Counted from the first letter of the stretch, positions 9,582-17,580 are shown. The stretch: 27,666 nucleotides of DNA from Bdellovibrionota bacterium (GCA_044352465.1 JBILDU010000036.1:1-27666), one strand, 5' to 3'. Notes: generated by a model not told the origin, from the letters alone. Numbers and translations are program-made.

Positions 9582-9651
9582 TTGCGTGAAGTTATCACGC
9601 AACTAACGAATCACGTAACGTTGTGGTTATCTAAAGCGCTTTACACGCAAC
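9582..9651. promoter_or_regulatory. Operator-like palindrome plus phased half-sites upstream of pal
   Basis: TTGCGTGA-N5-TCACGCAA (9582-9602). Half-sites WCACGYAAC at 9595, 9611 and 9643. Confidence 0.45.
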
Positions 9652-9801
9652 CTTTGGGAGCCGCAGGTCACGGGTCGGGGGGTAGTCATTTCGTGTGACC
9701 GCCGTTGAGGTGTACGGTTTCGATTTAGGTCGTTTTCCCGTATCGAGCCTCGCCTGATTTGATTTTTTGTTTTTTGATTTATCGTCTTTAAGGAGACATA
9801 T

Positions 9802-10251
9802 ATGCGCATCGTTCGGACGTGTTTGGTCGTCGCGCTCGCCTTCGTCGTGGCGGGTTGTTCTTGTCGGGCCCGTAAAGTGGGTGGTCCGGATGACGGAAAT
9901 ATCCCGGTCGCCGCGGCGGATGGGGTGTTGAAGGACGTTAACTTCGGTTTCGACCGCTATGATCTCGACGCTACCGCGAAGGGTCTCCTCGCGAAGAACG
10001 CGGAGTGGCTCAATGCAAATACGAGCCACAAGGTTCAGATCGAAGGGCACTGCGATGAGCGTGGTACGAATGAGTACAATATGGTGCTCGGTGCCAATCG
10101 CGCCCGCGCTGCTCACGATTACCTCCGTTCACTCGGAGTCGACGCGAGCCGGATGAGCACGGTCAGCTATGGCGAAGAGCTTCCGCTCGATCCGAGCAAG
10201 ACCGAAGAGGCGTACGCGAAGAACCGCCGCGCTCACTTCAACGTGCAGTAA
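9802..10251 (+). CDS. pal: Peptidoglycan-associated lipoprotein
   Basis: Lipobox 'VAGC'. OmpA-like motifs 'IEGHCDERGTNEYNMVLG.NRA', 'VSYGEELP' and 'KNRRAHF'. AAGGAG SD upstream. Confidence 0.97.
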   Translation: MRIVRTCLVVALAFVVAGCSCRARKVGGPDDGNIPVAAADGVLKDVNFGFDRYDLDATAKGLLAKNAEWLNANTSHKVQIEGHCDERGTNEYNMVLGANRARAAHDYLRSLGVDASRMSTVSYGEELPLDPSKTEEAYAKNRRAHFNVQ

Positions 10252-10344
10252 GCGTTTCTTCTCGATATAGTCGAGAAAGCCATCGTTCGGCCGGAGGGGG
10301 TGACCCTCTGCCGAACGATGTGCGTATCTGGGGGTGCAAATTCA

Positions 10345-11088
10345 ATGATGATGAGTTCGAATTTTGTGGCCAAGTGGGTGGGGCGTTGGGCCCTCTGTGG
10401 GGTTGTCCTCGCGCTCGTCAGCGGGTGTGTGCCGCAGACCAAAAACCTCGAAGTTGAAATCGCCCGCCTCGACCGAAATCTGGGGGACCTCCGCAATCTC
10501 CAGGCGGAGCAGGTGACTGAGCTCGCGGCGGTACGCACCGAGCTGCGGCAGTTGAGCGGTCGACTCGATGAATTTGAACATTCGCAGAGTGAGAAGTTGG
10601 GGAGCCTCTCGGCTATCCAGGGGGATCTGAGTCGTTTGAATCAGCGGATCCCCCCCCCGCCGATAGTTCCCGTTGCGGCTCTCGAGGAAGACGAGGCGAT
10701 GATCTCTGACCTCCCGGTTGATGTGGGACAACGGTTCGGTGAGGGGCTAGCGAAGATTCGCTCCGGCGCATTTCCCTTGGCGGTAGGCCCTCTTCAAGAG
10801 GCGCTTGACCTTGCCCCCACGAACGCGTGGGCTCCCAACATTATTTTTTGGATCGGTTTAAGTGGTGAGGCCACCGGAGATTTGAAGAAAGCCGCGGCTT
10901 CATACCTTGATATCGTCGCCCGCTTTCCGAAGCACAATCGTACCCGGTTGGCCCTGCTACGTCAGGGGACGGTCTTTATTCGACTCGGTGATAAGAAAGC
11001 CGCGAGTCTCGCCTTTAAAAAGTTGACGGCCGATTTTCCTAAGTCTGCAGAGGCCGCGCGGGCGCGTGAACGGTTAAAAGATCTGTAG
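10345..11088 (+). CDS. cpoB: Tol-Pal protein CpoB/YbgF (coiled coil plus TPR)
   Basis: Follows pal. N-terminal coiled coil and a TPR-like C-terminus ('FPKHNRTRLALLRQG', 'DFPKSAEAARARERL'). Lipobox-like 'VSGC'. Start probably ATG 10345; the ORF is open from 10300. Confidence 0.85.
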   Translation: MMMSSNFVAKWVGRWALCGVVLALVSGCVPQTKNLEVEIARLDRNLGDLRNLQAEQVTELAAVRTELRQLSGRLDEFEHSQSEKLGSLSAIQGDLSRLNQRIPPPPIVPVAALEEDEAMISDLPVDVGQRFGEGLAKIRSGAFPLAVGPLQEALDLAPTNAWAPNIIFWIGLSGEATGDLKKAAASYLDIVARFPKHNRTRLALLRQGTVFIRLGDKKAASLAFKKLTADFPKSAEAARARERLKDL

Positions 11089-11217
11089 TGGTTTGTATGG
11101 TGGCGGAGGATGCCATCGTTACTCGTTGCCTGGTGGCTTTCGCCAGCTTGCCGATAGTCGGCCTATCGGCGTGTACCTTGGTTGTGGAGAGTTTCGCGGT
11201 GGTGCCCTGGGGGCGAC

Positions 11218-12168
11218 ATGGCGGCTGAGCACAAAACCCGTATCGCCCGCGATGCCTCGGTGCTGCCGCGATTAGCGGGGCCGGTGGTGGCAACGCTGGG
11301 GAATCTCGACGGGGTTCATCGGGGGCACCAGGCTCTTCTCGGCCGTCTCAATCAGGAAAGGGCAGAGGGAGCCAGCGTCGTTATCTCATTCTACCCCCAT
11401 CCAGGAACCGTTTTAGGCAAGATGCCACGGGTGCCGCTTTTGACGACCCTGCGCCAGAGAGTCGAGATTATGGCGCGTTACGGCGTCGATCTTTTTTTCA
11501 TGATTCATTTCACCCGCCCTTTCTCGAAACTGAGGGCCGGTGATTTTATCGATCGCTACCTTATTGACCGTCTCAACGTTGGTCATCTCATCATCGGCCC
11601 GGATGCACATGTCGGTTTCGAGCGCGAGGGAACCCCCGAATTTATTGAGCGCTACCTGTCTGCGCGGGGGCGTCGAGTTACCGTGCTTCCGTTTGTCGAG
11701 GTCGGGGGAGAGCGCATCAGTTCCAAGCGTATCCGGAGCGTTATCGCCGCAGGCGATGTCGCTGGGGCGGCTGAGCTTCTTGGGCGGCTCTATGAGGTGA
11801 ACGGCTTCGTCGAGCGGGGCGATCAGCGGGGGCGTCTCCTGGGCTTTCGGACGGCGAACGTCCCCCTCGGTCGATTCGCCGTGCCCGCTTTCGGTGTCTA
11901 CGCCACCTGGGTAACCCTCAAAGGCGTGCGCTATGCGGGGGTGACGAATATCGGTGTTCGGCCTACGTTTGGCGGGGTCCGTCCGACGATCGAATCGCAC
12001 CTGCTCGATTACACCGGTGGTGATTTCTACGGCGAAAGGGTGGGGGTTGAATTCGTGAGCCGTCTTCGTGCGGAGATGAAGTTCCCGGCAGTCTCCGAGC
12101 TCACTGAGCAGATCCGGCGGGATGTAACGGCCGCGCGACTGGTGCTCTCAGCAGCACCGCCGGCGTAA
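11218..12168 (+). CDS. ribF: Bifunctional riboflavin kinase / FAD synthetase
   Basis: Motifs 'GNLDGVHRGHQ', 'SFYPHP', 'ISSKRIR', 'GDQRGRLLGFRTAN', 'GVYA', 'NIGVRPTF' and 'ESHLLD'. Start probably ATG 11218. Confidence 0.96.
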   Translation: MAAEHKTRIARDASVLPRLAGPVVATLGNLDGVHRGHQALLGRLNQERAEGASVVISFYPHPGTVLGKMPRVPLLTTLRQRVEIMARYGVDLFFMIHFTRPFSKLRAGDFIDRYLIDRLNVGHLIIGPDAHVGFEREGTPEFIERYLSARGRRVTVLPFVEVGGERISSKRIRSVIAAGDVAGAAELLGRLYEVNGFVERGDQRGRLLGFRTANVPLGRFAVPAFGVYATWVTLKGVRYAGVTNIGVRPTFGGVRPTIESHLLDYTGGDFYGERVGVEFVSRLRAEMKFPAVSELTEQIRRDVTAARLVLSAAPPA

Positions 12169-12293
12169 CCTCCGGTTTTGTTGCATTCTCGTAAGGATGC
12201 CGCACCTACGCGGGGGACCCCCTTGATGTGGAGACAAAATCGTTGAATGATCGGCCATCAATAGCCTAACGCCGGGACTAAGAAGAGACACCC

Positions 12294-13313
12294 ATGAGCG
12301 CACGCTCCCTTTATTTTACGGTAGCTCCCGAGGATTCCTTGCGGCTCGACCGATTTCTCACCGATAAATTGGGTGCAACCTCCGACTTTAGTGGCATGAC
12401 GCGCTCGCAGGTGAAATTACTCATCGAAGGCGGTGCGGTGACGGTTGATGGTGCGCTGGTCGGAAAGGCTGGAACAGCTCTAAGGCCGGGGTGCACGGTG
12501 GCTGTGACAGATAGCCCTGATGACTCAACTCATCTCGCCCCGTATGCGGCTCCTCTGACGGTCCTCTATGAGGACGATGTGCTTATCGTCATCGATAAAC
12601 CGGCAGGACTGACGATGCATCCGGGTGCTGGTAACCGTGACCAGACCTTGGTCAACGCTTTGGTCGCGCATTTTCAAGCAGCGAGTGAACGCCCGACACC
12701 GGAGCTTTTTAACCCCGACCACCAACAGGCTGGCCTCCGACCTGGAGTCGTTCATCGACTCGATCGGGATACGACCGGTATCGTGGTTGTGGCGAAGACT
12801 ACGGGAGCGCTCCATCATTTGAGTCGGCAATTCGCAGCCCGGACGGTCGGTCGGGGATACCTGGCCCTGGTATTCTCCACACCGCGCGGTCTCAGGGCGG
12901 TCAATACCATGGATAGTGGAACGATCGATGCGCCGATCGGTCGCCATCCGACCCGCCGCACCGAGATGGCGATTACTCCTGAGGGAAGACGTGCCGTGAC
13001 CCATTGGCGGGTCCGTGAGCGGTTTGCTTACGGTACGTTGCTGGAGGCTCGACTTGAGACCGGAAGGACTCATCAGATTCGGGTACACTTTACTTCGATC
13101 GGTTGCCCACTCGTCGGAGACCGCACTTACGGGGAGCTTTCGGGGCTTCCGTTGGGATTGCAGCGCGCGGGGGAAAGGTTTGGCCGGCAAGCGCTGCATG
13201 CATATCGACTTGAGTTCGAGCATCCGACGAAGGGGACGCGGCTTGCGTTTGAGAGTGCCATCCCGGCCGATTTTGAGAGCTTACTCGGAGCTTTTCGCGG
13301 AGAAGTGGCATGA
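12294..13313 (+). CDS. rluD: 23S rRNA pseudouridine synthase, RluD type (S4 plus RluA domain)
   Basis: S4-like 'RLDRFL', 'IDKPAGLTMHPG', catalytic 'HRLDRDTTG', 'LETGRTHQIRVH' and 'RQALHA'. Directly upstream of pgeF, as is usual. Confidence 0.92.
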   Translation: MSARSLYFTVAPEDSLRLDRFLTDKLGATSDFSGMTRSQVKLLIEGGAVTVDGALVGKAGTALRPGCTVAVTDSPDDSTHLAPYAAPLTVLYEDDVLIVIDKPAGLTMHPGAGNRDQTLVNALVAHFQAASERPTPELFNPDHQQAGLRPGVVHRLDRDTTGIVVVAKTTGALHHLSRQFAARTVGRGYLALVFSTPRGLRAVNTMDSGTIDAPIGRHPTRRTEMAITPEGRRAVTHWRVRERFAYGTLLEARLETGRTHQIRVHFTSIGCPLVGDRTYGELSGLPLGLQRAGERFGRQALHAYRLEFEHPTKGTRLAFESAIPADFESLLGAFRGEVA

Positions 13314-14029
13314 CCTTTGCGGTGCAGAGGTATGGATCGCTTCAGGCGCTCGTCTACGAGCCGTGGATCGAGCGGGGCGTTGTTCACGGTTTTACCCTTG
13401 CGCCGGCTGATTTTGGAGAAACCGCTCGGGCGCGGTGGGCACATGAGCTCAGCGCTCCATTTGGTGGGGTCGACGTGAGTCTGTTACACCAGGTTCACGG
13501 ATGTGTCGCTTACGAGATCCCCGGTGGCATGGCTTCACAGACGGTCGGGGATCTCCCGCATGGTGATGCCTTTATCTGGCGGAGAAGTAATCGCTACCGC
13601 GGGATCTTCGGTGTGAAAGGGGCCGATTGCGCCCAGATTTTGGTGGTGAGCTCAGCGAGCCAAATCGCTATTCATGCGGGTTGGCGGGGGCTCGAGCGTG
13701 GGATAATAGCGTACGTGCTGAACGAGGCTCAGCTGAGCGACGAGCCTTGCGAATGCGTCATCGGTCCGTGTGCTGGTCCAACTGGGTACGAGGTTGGACC
13801 CGAGGTGATCGAGGCGCTCGGAGCGGCCGCGATCGTTCAGAGGGAGACGGGCGGCCGGACGTACCTCGATGTTGCGCGCACCGCAGAGGTCTTGGTGCGG
13901 CAGGCGTGTCCCCGGGCGAACGTATATCGAGCTGATATCAACACAGTGACCGATGAGCGCTTTCACTCGTATCGCCGCGCTCGTGAACATGCTGGGCGAG
14001 GGCTCGGCTTTTTTCTGGTCGATAGCTGA
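13310..14029 (+). CDS. pgeF: PgeF/YfiH (DUF152) family protein
   Basis: His-Cys-His motifs 'QVHG', 'ADC' and 'HAGWRG', plus 'IGPC....YEVG' and 'FHSYRR'. ATGA overlap with rluD. Confidence 0.88.
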   Translation: MTFAVQRYGSLQALVYEPWIERGVVHGFTLAPADFGETARARWAHELSAPFGGVDVSLLHQVHGCVAYEIPGGMASQTVGDLPHGDAFIWRRSNRYRGIFGVKGADCAQILVVSSASQIAIHAGWRGLERGIIAYVLNEAQLSDEPCECVIGPCAGPTGYEVGPEVIEALGAAAIVQRETGGRTYLDVARTAEVLVRQACPRANVYRADINTVTDERFHSYRRAREHAGRGLGFFLVDS

Positions 14030-14287
14030 GGAGCCTGCGTTGTAATCTCGCGGAGGAATATTTTGTGTCCGCTTGAGAGTGGTTTGGGCTGGGGCAACAA
14101 CTTTCGGTTTTTGCTTCGACTGGCGAGTCTGGGTTTCCAGGACTCAATAGAATGGTTGTTCGAAACCTGGTGAGGATGAGGGCCGCTAAGTCCCTATAAA
14201 TTCTCGTCCCCGATAACCCGATTTCTTTGGCTCGAGTAGGTCAGGCGCCGTATCGCGGCGATTTTCTCCCCGCGGCCATGTTTCGCT

Positions 14288-14317
14288 TTGACTTCACCGG
14301 AGGGGGGAGCCTAAAAT
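14288..14317 (+). promoter_or_regulatory. Possible sigma70 promoter upstream of the DUF465-like gene
   Basis: TTGACT (14288-14293), 18-bp spacer, TAAAAT (14312-14317). Confidence 0.45.
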
Positions 14318-14574
14318 AATAGGAGGTACTTTGAGCATTCATCGCAGTCATTGTGTTGAAACTACCCTCGATGAGGTTGGTGAATATCTTCGCTCGCGGG
14401 AGTCGTTCAGGCTCGGGGCAGCCTCAGCCGCTGGCCCCTCTGGGGTATTCTTTGTTTCTTCTCGAACCTATTTTCTTGCTCTTATCTCCGCAGGTTCCGT
14501 CGATTCGACCCAGCGGGCCCCAATTAAATTCTGTGTTTTGATTTCGTAAACCTTAATCAAAGGAGGCAAACGCT

Positions 14575-14805
14575 ATGGAAAGAGCTGACCGTGAATTGAT
14601 TGAGCGAGTGTTGATGGGGAACTTTGAGTTAAGGAAACTATACGAGGAGCATTGTAAGCTCGAGCAGGTTCTAGCTACGTTCGAAAATCGCCCGTTTTTA
14701 ACCTCGGCTGAAGAGATCGAGGAGAAGCGGCTGAAGATGAAAAAACTTCAAGGGGTCGATCGAATGATGAGTATCGTTGCGGATCGCCGGCCGCTAGCTT
14801 CTTAA
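14575..14805 (+). CDS. DUF465 / YdcH-like small coiled-coil protein
   Basis: 76 aa with a strong SD (AAAGGAGG). Pattern 'ELRKLYEEH..LE......RPFLT..EEIE.KRLK.KKLQG.D'. Confidence 0.85.
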   Translation: MERADRELIERVLMGNFELRKLYEEHCKLEQVLATFENRPFLTSAEEIEEKRLKMKKLQGVDRMMSIVADRRPLAS

Positions 14806-14822
14806 CCCAAAAACTTTGTCTG

Positions 14823-14853
14823 AAAAAAGGGCTCCGTCAAGGAGCCTTTTTTT
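14823..14853. terminator. Bidirectional intrinsic terminator
   Basis: AAAAAAG-GGCTCC-GTCAA-GGAGCC-TTTTTTT, just after the 14805 stop. Confidence 0.85.
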
Positions 14854-14860
14854 GAGGGGT

Positions 14861-15050
14861 GTGGTCGATCAAAAACTTGACCGAGGCGAAATGTCTGATG
14901 CGTAGCCTCTCGTCTGAGGCAAACGGTCATAAACGGGGATTTCGCGCCGATGCTTCATCAGATATTTAGCCGACTGCCCCCTGGCGCGTGCCCTTTTCCC
15001 CGCCGTTTCCAGCGTTCCGGGGCACTCGCAGGGGCGTCAAAAGAGTTTGA
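14861..15050. other. Highly structured intergenic element (candidate ncRNA or structured 3' UTR)
   Basis: 16-nt inverted repeat 14885-14900/14956-14971 with an internal hairpin, and a second long imperfect hairpin at 14972-15038. Confidence 0.35.
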
Positions 15051-15060
15051 GGCAACTTTA

Positions 15061-15369
15061 TTAGGCGGCCCGTCGTCGGGTGCTGATGCGGTGCTTTGCA
15101 TTCATGATGGCATGACGGGTCTTCTCGGGGTCAAATCCGAGATGGTGACAGATCGCCCTAAACGAGAAGATGTATTCATCCTCTTGGTCGTGCATGTAGG
15201 CGATCGCTTCTTCGCGAAGTTCACCCATCGAGTTATAGTCTTCAACGGTGCGCAGAATAATCGCGCGCATCAACTCGTTGATTGAGTCGTACCCTTTGCC
15301 AGGGGAGTAAGACATGTCTATCTGGGGAAGTTTGTCTGAATTGCTCACGCTGTGCTCCAAGTCGAACAT
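15061..15369 (-). CDS. Small hypothetical protein (102 aa)
   Basis: ATG 15369 preceded by GGAG. Globular-looking helical sequence 'ELMRAIILRTVEDY...EAIAYM....EYIFSFRAICHHLGFDPEKTR'. The ORF is open from TTG 15423. Confidence 0.8.
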   Translation of the reverse strand: MFDLEHSVSNSDKLPQIDMSYSPGKGYDSINELMRAIILRTVEDYNSMGELREEAIAYMHDQEDEYIFSFRAICHHLGFDPEKTRHAIMNAKHRISTRRRAA

Positions 15370-15624
15370 TTTTATCTCCGCAAAACCTGGAAGCACCCTC
15401 CAACCGGTGGTCGGAATGCTCAAATCCTCACGATAGAACGTGCGTGGCTCGAGGATGAACTCGCTCCGCGCGGCGAAATCGGGTTGTTTGCGGCACCGAG
15501 AGTCTCAGTACCGCGCACATTTCAAGAAAAGTTATGGGGGCAGGGGCTACGAATGTCGCATAAGGGAATGTCGTATTGCCCCGTGAAAAGAGGCCATACT
15601 GTCGCTAGGTTAGCCGGAAATCGG

Positions 15625-16650
15625 CTATTCCATCCGCTCGAGGGTGTAATCGATGAGGGTACGGAGGTGCTCAAGGGTAGGGCGATCACTTTGGGGGCAC
15701 TGTTCCTCGATAAATTTCAATGCAGCCAGCGCCTCACTGGTGTAGCCAAGCGCGATACGCCGCGCCTCTTCAACCACCGGAGATGTTCGAAGACTCGCCA
15801 CCGCCCGCTCCACGAACTCGTCGCTGATAGGCTCCGGCTGGGCAAGCGTGCGGGCCAGCGGATCACCTGACGCAAGCCATAAGACATTCACTAAGGAGGG
15901 CTTCTTCTCCCGAATATCGATTCCTGATTTCTTGCCGAGTAGGTCTTCGCTTGCCACGACATCGAGGATATCGTCGAGGATTTGGAAGGCGATGCCGAGC
16001 TTCTCACCGAAGCGAGAGCATTGCTCGACCACAGGGTCGCTCGCTCCAGCGAGATGGGCCGCAGTTCGTGTCGCTAACCAAAAAAGCGAGGCGGTTTTTT
16101 TTCGGGCGATAGTGATACTTGAGTCGAGTGTGTGAACCCCTTTATCCAGGGGCACTTCAAGGATCTCCCCCTCGGTGAGCTCGATGCACGCGCGTTCGGT
16201 CGAGTCGATAACAAAAGAGTCGAGGCGGGCACACAGGCTAAATGCGCGGACAAGCAGAAAGTCGCCCGAGAGTAGTGTGCTCTCAAGACCAAATTTCACA
16301 TACGGCGAGGCTTGGTGTCGCCGCAGAGGGGAACGATCGATGATATCGTCGTGGAGCAAAGTTGCCATGTGAATGAGCTCGATCCCGGCAGCCACATCGA
16401 TTAATGCCGGAGATGGTGCAGCCTGTCCGAGGGCGCGAGCCATCATCAGCGACAACACCGGACGCATCCGCTTTCCCCCTAAGGTCAGAAGGTAGTGGGG
16501 GATTTCGTGGAGTAACGGAGCCTCGGATACGAGCTTTTCCTCGATTAAAGCTTCGACCCGGTCGAGCCCCTTCAGGGCGCTCAGCGCCGCCGAGAGGCGC
16601 GCCTTGGCGGTACCGATGACCCCACGCTTCGTATCGTTTGAACCGAGCAT
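15625..16650 (-). CDS. ispB: Long-chain polyprenyl (octaprenyl-type) diphosphate synthase
   Basis: Motifs 'GGKRMRP', FARM 'HMATLLHDDIID...RR', 'KKTASLF' and SARM 'FQILDDILD'. A small residue upstream of FARM indicates a long-chain product. Confidence 0.88.
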   Translation of the reverse strand: MLGSNDTKRGVIGTAKARLSAALSALKGLDRVEALIEEKLVSEAPLLHEIPHYLLTLGGKRMRPVLSLMMARALGQAAPSPALIDVAAGIELIHMATLLHDDIIDRSPLRRHQASPYVKFGLESTLLSGDFLLVRAFSLCARLDSFVIDSTERACIELTEGEILEVPLDKGVHTLDSSITIARKKTASLFWLATRTAAHLAGASDPVVEQCSRFGEKLGIAFQILDDILDVVASEDLLGKKSGIDIREKKPSLVNVLWLASGDPLARTLAQPEPISDEFVERAVASLRTSPVVEEARRIALGYTSEALAALKFIEEQCPQSDRPTLEHLRTLIDYTLERME

Positions 16651-16656
16651 GGTTGC

Positions 16657-17292
16657 TTAGTCCCTTTGAAATCGTCCGTGCGCTAAAAAATGGGCCACCT
16701 GTTCCAGTATCGATGGCTGATACATCAGAAACGAGTGAAGACCCCGCACCACAAGGGTGTCGGTTGCTCCTGGGAGCGCCGTTTCTTGGACTGCGACGAT
16801 ACCATCGTTAGGCCCGGAAACAAAGGGGGAGTACCCTCGCTCAGGTGTGCGGGTACCTGCGATAATTCCCACAGTGAGTCGGTCCGTTCCGGGTGACCGT
16901 TGTATCGATGCAACCTCGAGGTAGCTTGGTCCGAGGACTCGATGAAGCCAGGGGAGGCGTGCTTGGAGAGCCCGCGCAAAGGCACTTCCTTGGTTCGGAG
17001 GGCCGAGCATTACCGCTCGTCCGAAGCGGTAATCGGCGTGGTGCGATTCCACGAGTCCCCGCAGTACGATTCCACCGAGGGAGTGGGTGACGAAGCTTAA
17101 CTCGTGGCCGTGCAACCCCGCTCGTCGGATATCCCGCTCAATCTTAGCAACGTGGTCATCAATCGTCGCTGCCCGTGAGGGGTAGCCAAGGTTTAAAACA
17201 GCAAATCCGCGTTGGGATAGGTAGCGGCCAAGGTAGCGCATTGAAAGACGGGTGCGGCTGAGGCCATGAAGGAGAACGACAACCGTAGCCAT
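16657..17292 (-). CDS. Alpha/beta-fold hydrolase (lipase/esterase-like)
   Basis: Oxyanion 'LLHGL', nucleophile 'THSLGG', 'LGPPNQGS', 'NDGIV' and His in 'LHSF'. Confidence 0.9.
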   Translation of the reverse strand: MATVVVLLHGLSRTRLSMRYLGRYLSQRGFAVLNLGYPSRAATIDDHVAKIERDIRRAGLHGHELSFVTHSLGGIVLRGLVESHHADYRFGRAVMLGPPNQGSAFARALQARLPWLHRVLGPSYLEVASIQRSPGTDRLTVGIIAGTRTPERGYSPFVSGPNDGIVAVQETALPGATDTLVVRGLHSFLMYQPSILEQVAHFLAHGRFQRD

Positions 17293-17329
17293 ATCTTACG
17301 GAGCCATATCTTACGGAGCCATATCTTAC
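17287..17329 (-). repeat. 15-bp tandem repeat (about 3 copies) spanning the hydrolase start codon
   Basis: On the + strand AGCCATATCTTACGG starts at 17287 and 17302, and AGCCATATCTTAC at 17317. Confidence 0.95.
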
Positions 17330-17444
17330 CCTGGCCGATACCCCCCGAAAACGGCTCTGGGCCCACGCTTCTCGGGCGACTACCGCCGGGCAAACACAAC
17401 GCGGAGCTACCTCAAGGAGCTCCCGGGCGATTCAGCGCGATATA

Positions 17445-17521
17445 TGGTGTCCCCAACGGGATTCGAACCCGTGTCTTCAACGTGAAAGGCTGACGTCCTA
17501 GGCCGGCTAGACGATGGGGAC
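17445..17521 (-). tRNA. tRNA-Glu (anticodon UUC), CCA encoded
   Basis: The minus strand reads GTCCCCATCGTCTAGCCGGCCTAGGACGTCAGCCTTTCACGTTGAAGACACGGGTTCGAATCCCGTTGGGGACACCA. It has a 7-bp acceptor stem, anticodon loop CTTTCAC and T-arm ACGGG-TTCGAAT-CCCGT. Confidence 0.98.
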
Positions 17522-17541
17522 AACGCTCCACTGGATGCAAT

Positions 17542-17570
17542 GACTTAGCCCACCACGACCCTTTCGTCAA
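17542..17570 (-). promoter_or_regulatory. Probable tRNA promoter
   Basis: Minus-strand TTGACG (17570-17565), 17-bp spacer, TAAGTC (17547-17542), about 20 nt upstream of the tRNA. The -10 lacks the final T. Confidence 0.5.
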
Positions 17571-17580
17571 TATCACCCAA

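Noticed and set aside
10259..10277. Hairpin after pal as an intrinsic terminator
   Set aside because: 7-bp stem with no downstream U-tract on the + strand; at most an mRNA-stabilising stem.
14916..14945. GGCAAAC resembling the start of a c-di-GMP-I riboswitch
   Set aside because: No GNRA-capped stem, no GACGCAAAGC junction, and it is not upstream of a co-oriented gene.
14885..14971. Hammerhead-like core on the minus strand (CTGATGA...GAAA)
   Set aside because: Stem II cannot close properly (A opposite C, only 2-bp options) and no UH cleavage site falls in the right place relative to stems I and III.
17287..17329. CRISPR-like repeat
   Set aside because: The units are 15 bp and directly adjacent, with no spacers and no cas genes.
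17445..17521. tRNA as integration site of an island or prophage
   Set aside because: No integrase, no duplicated tRNA 3' end seen, and the flanking genes look like core chromosome.
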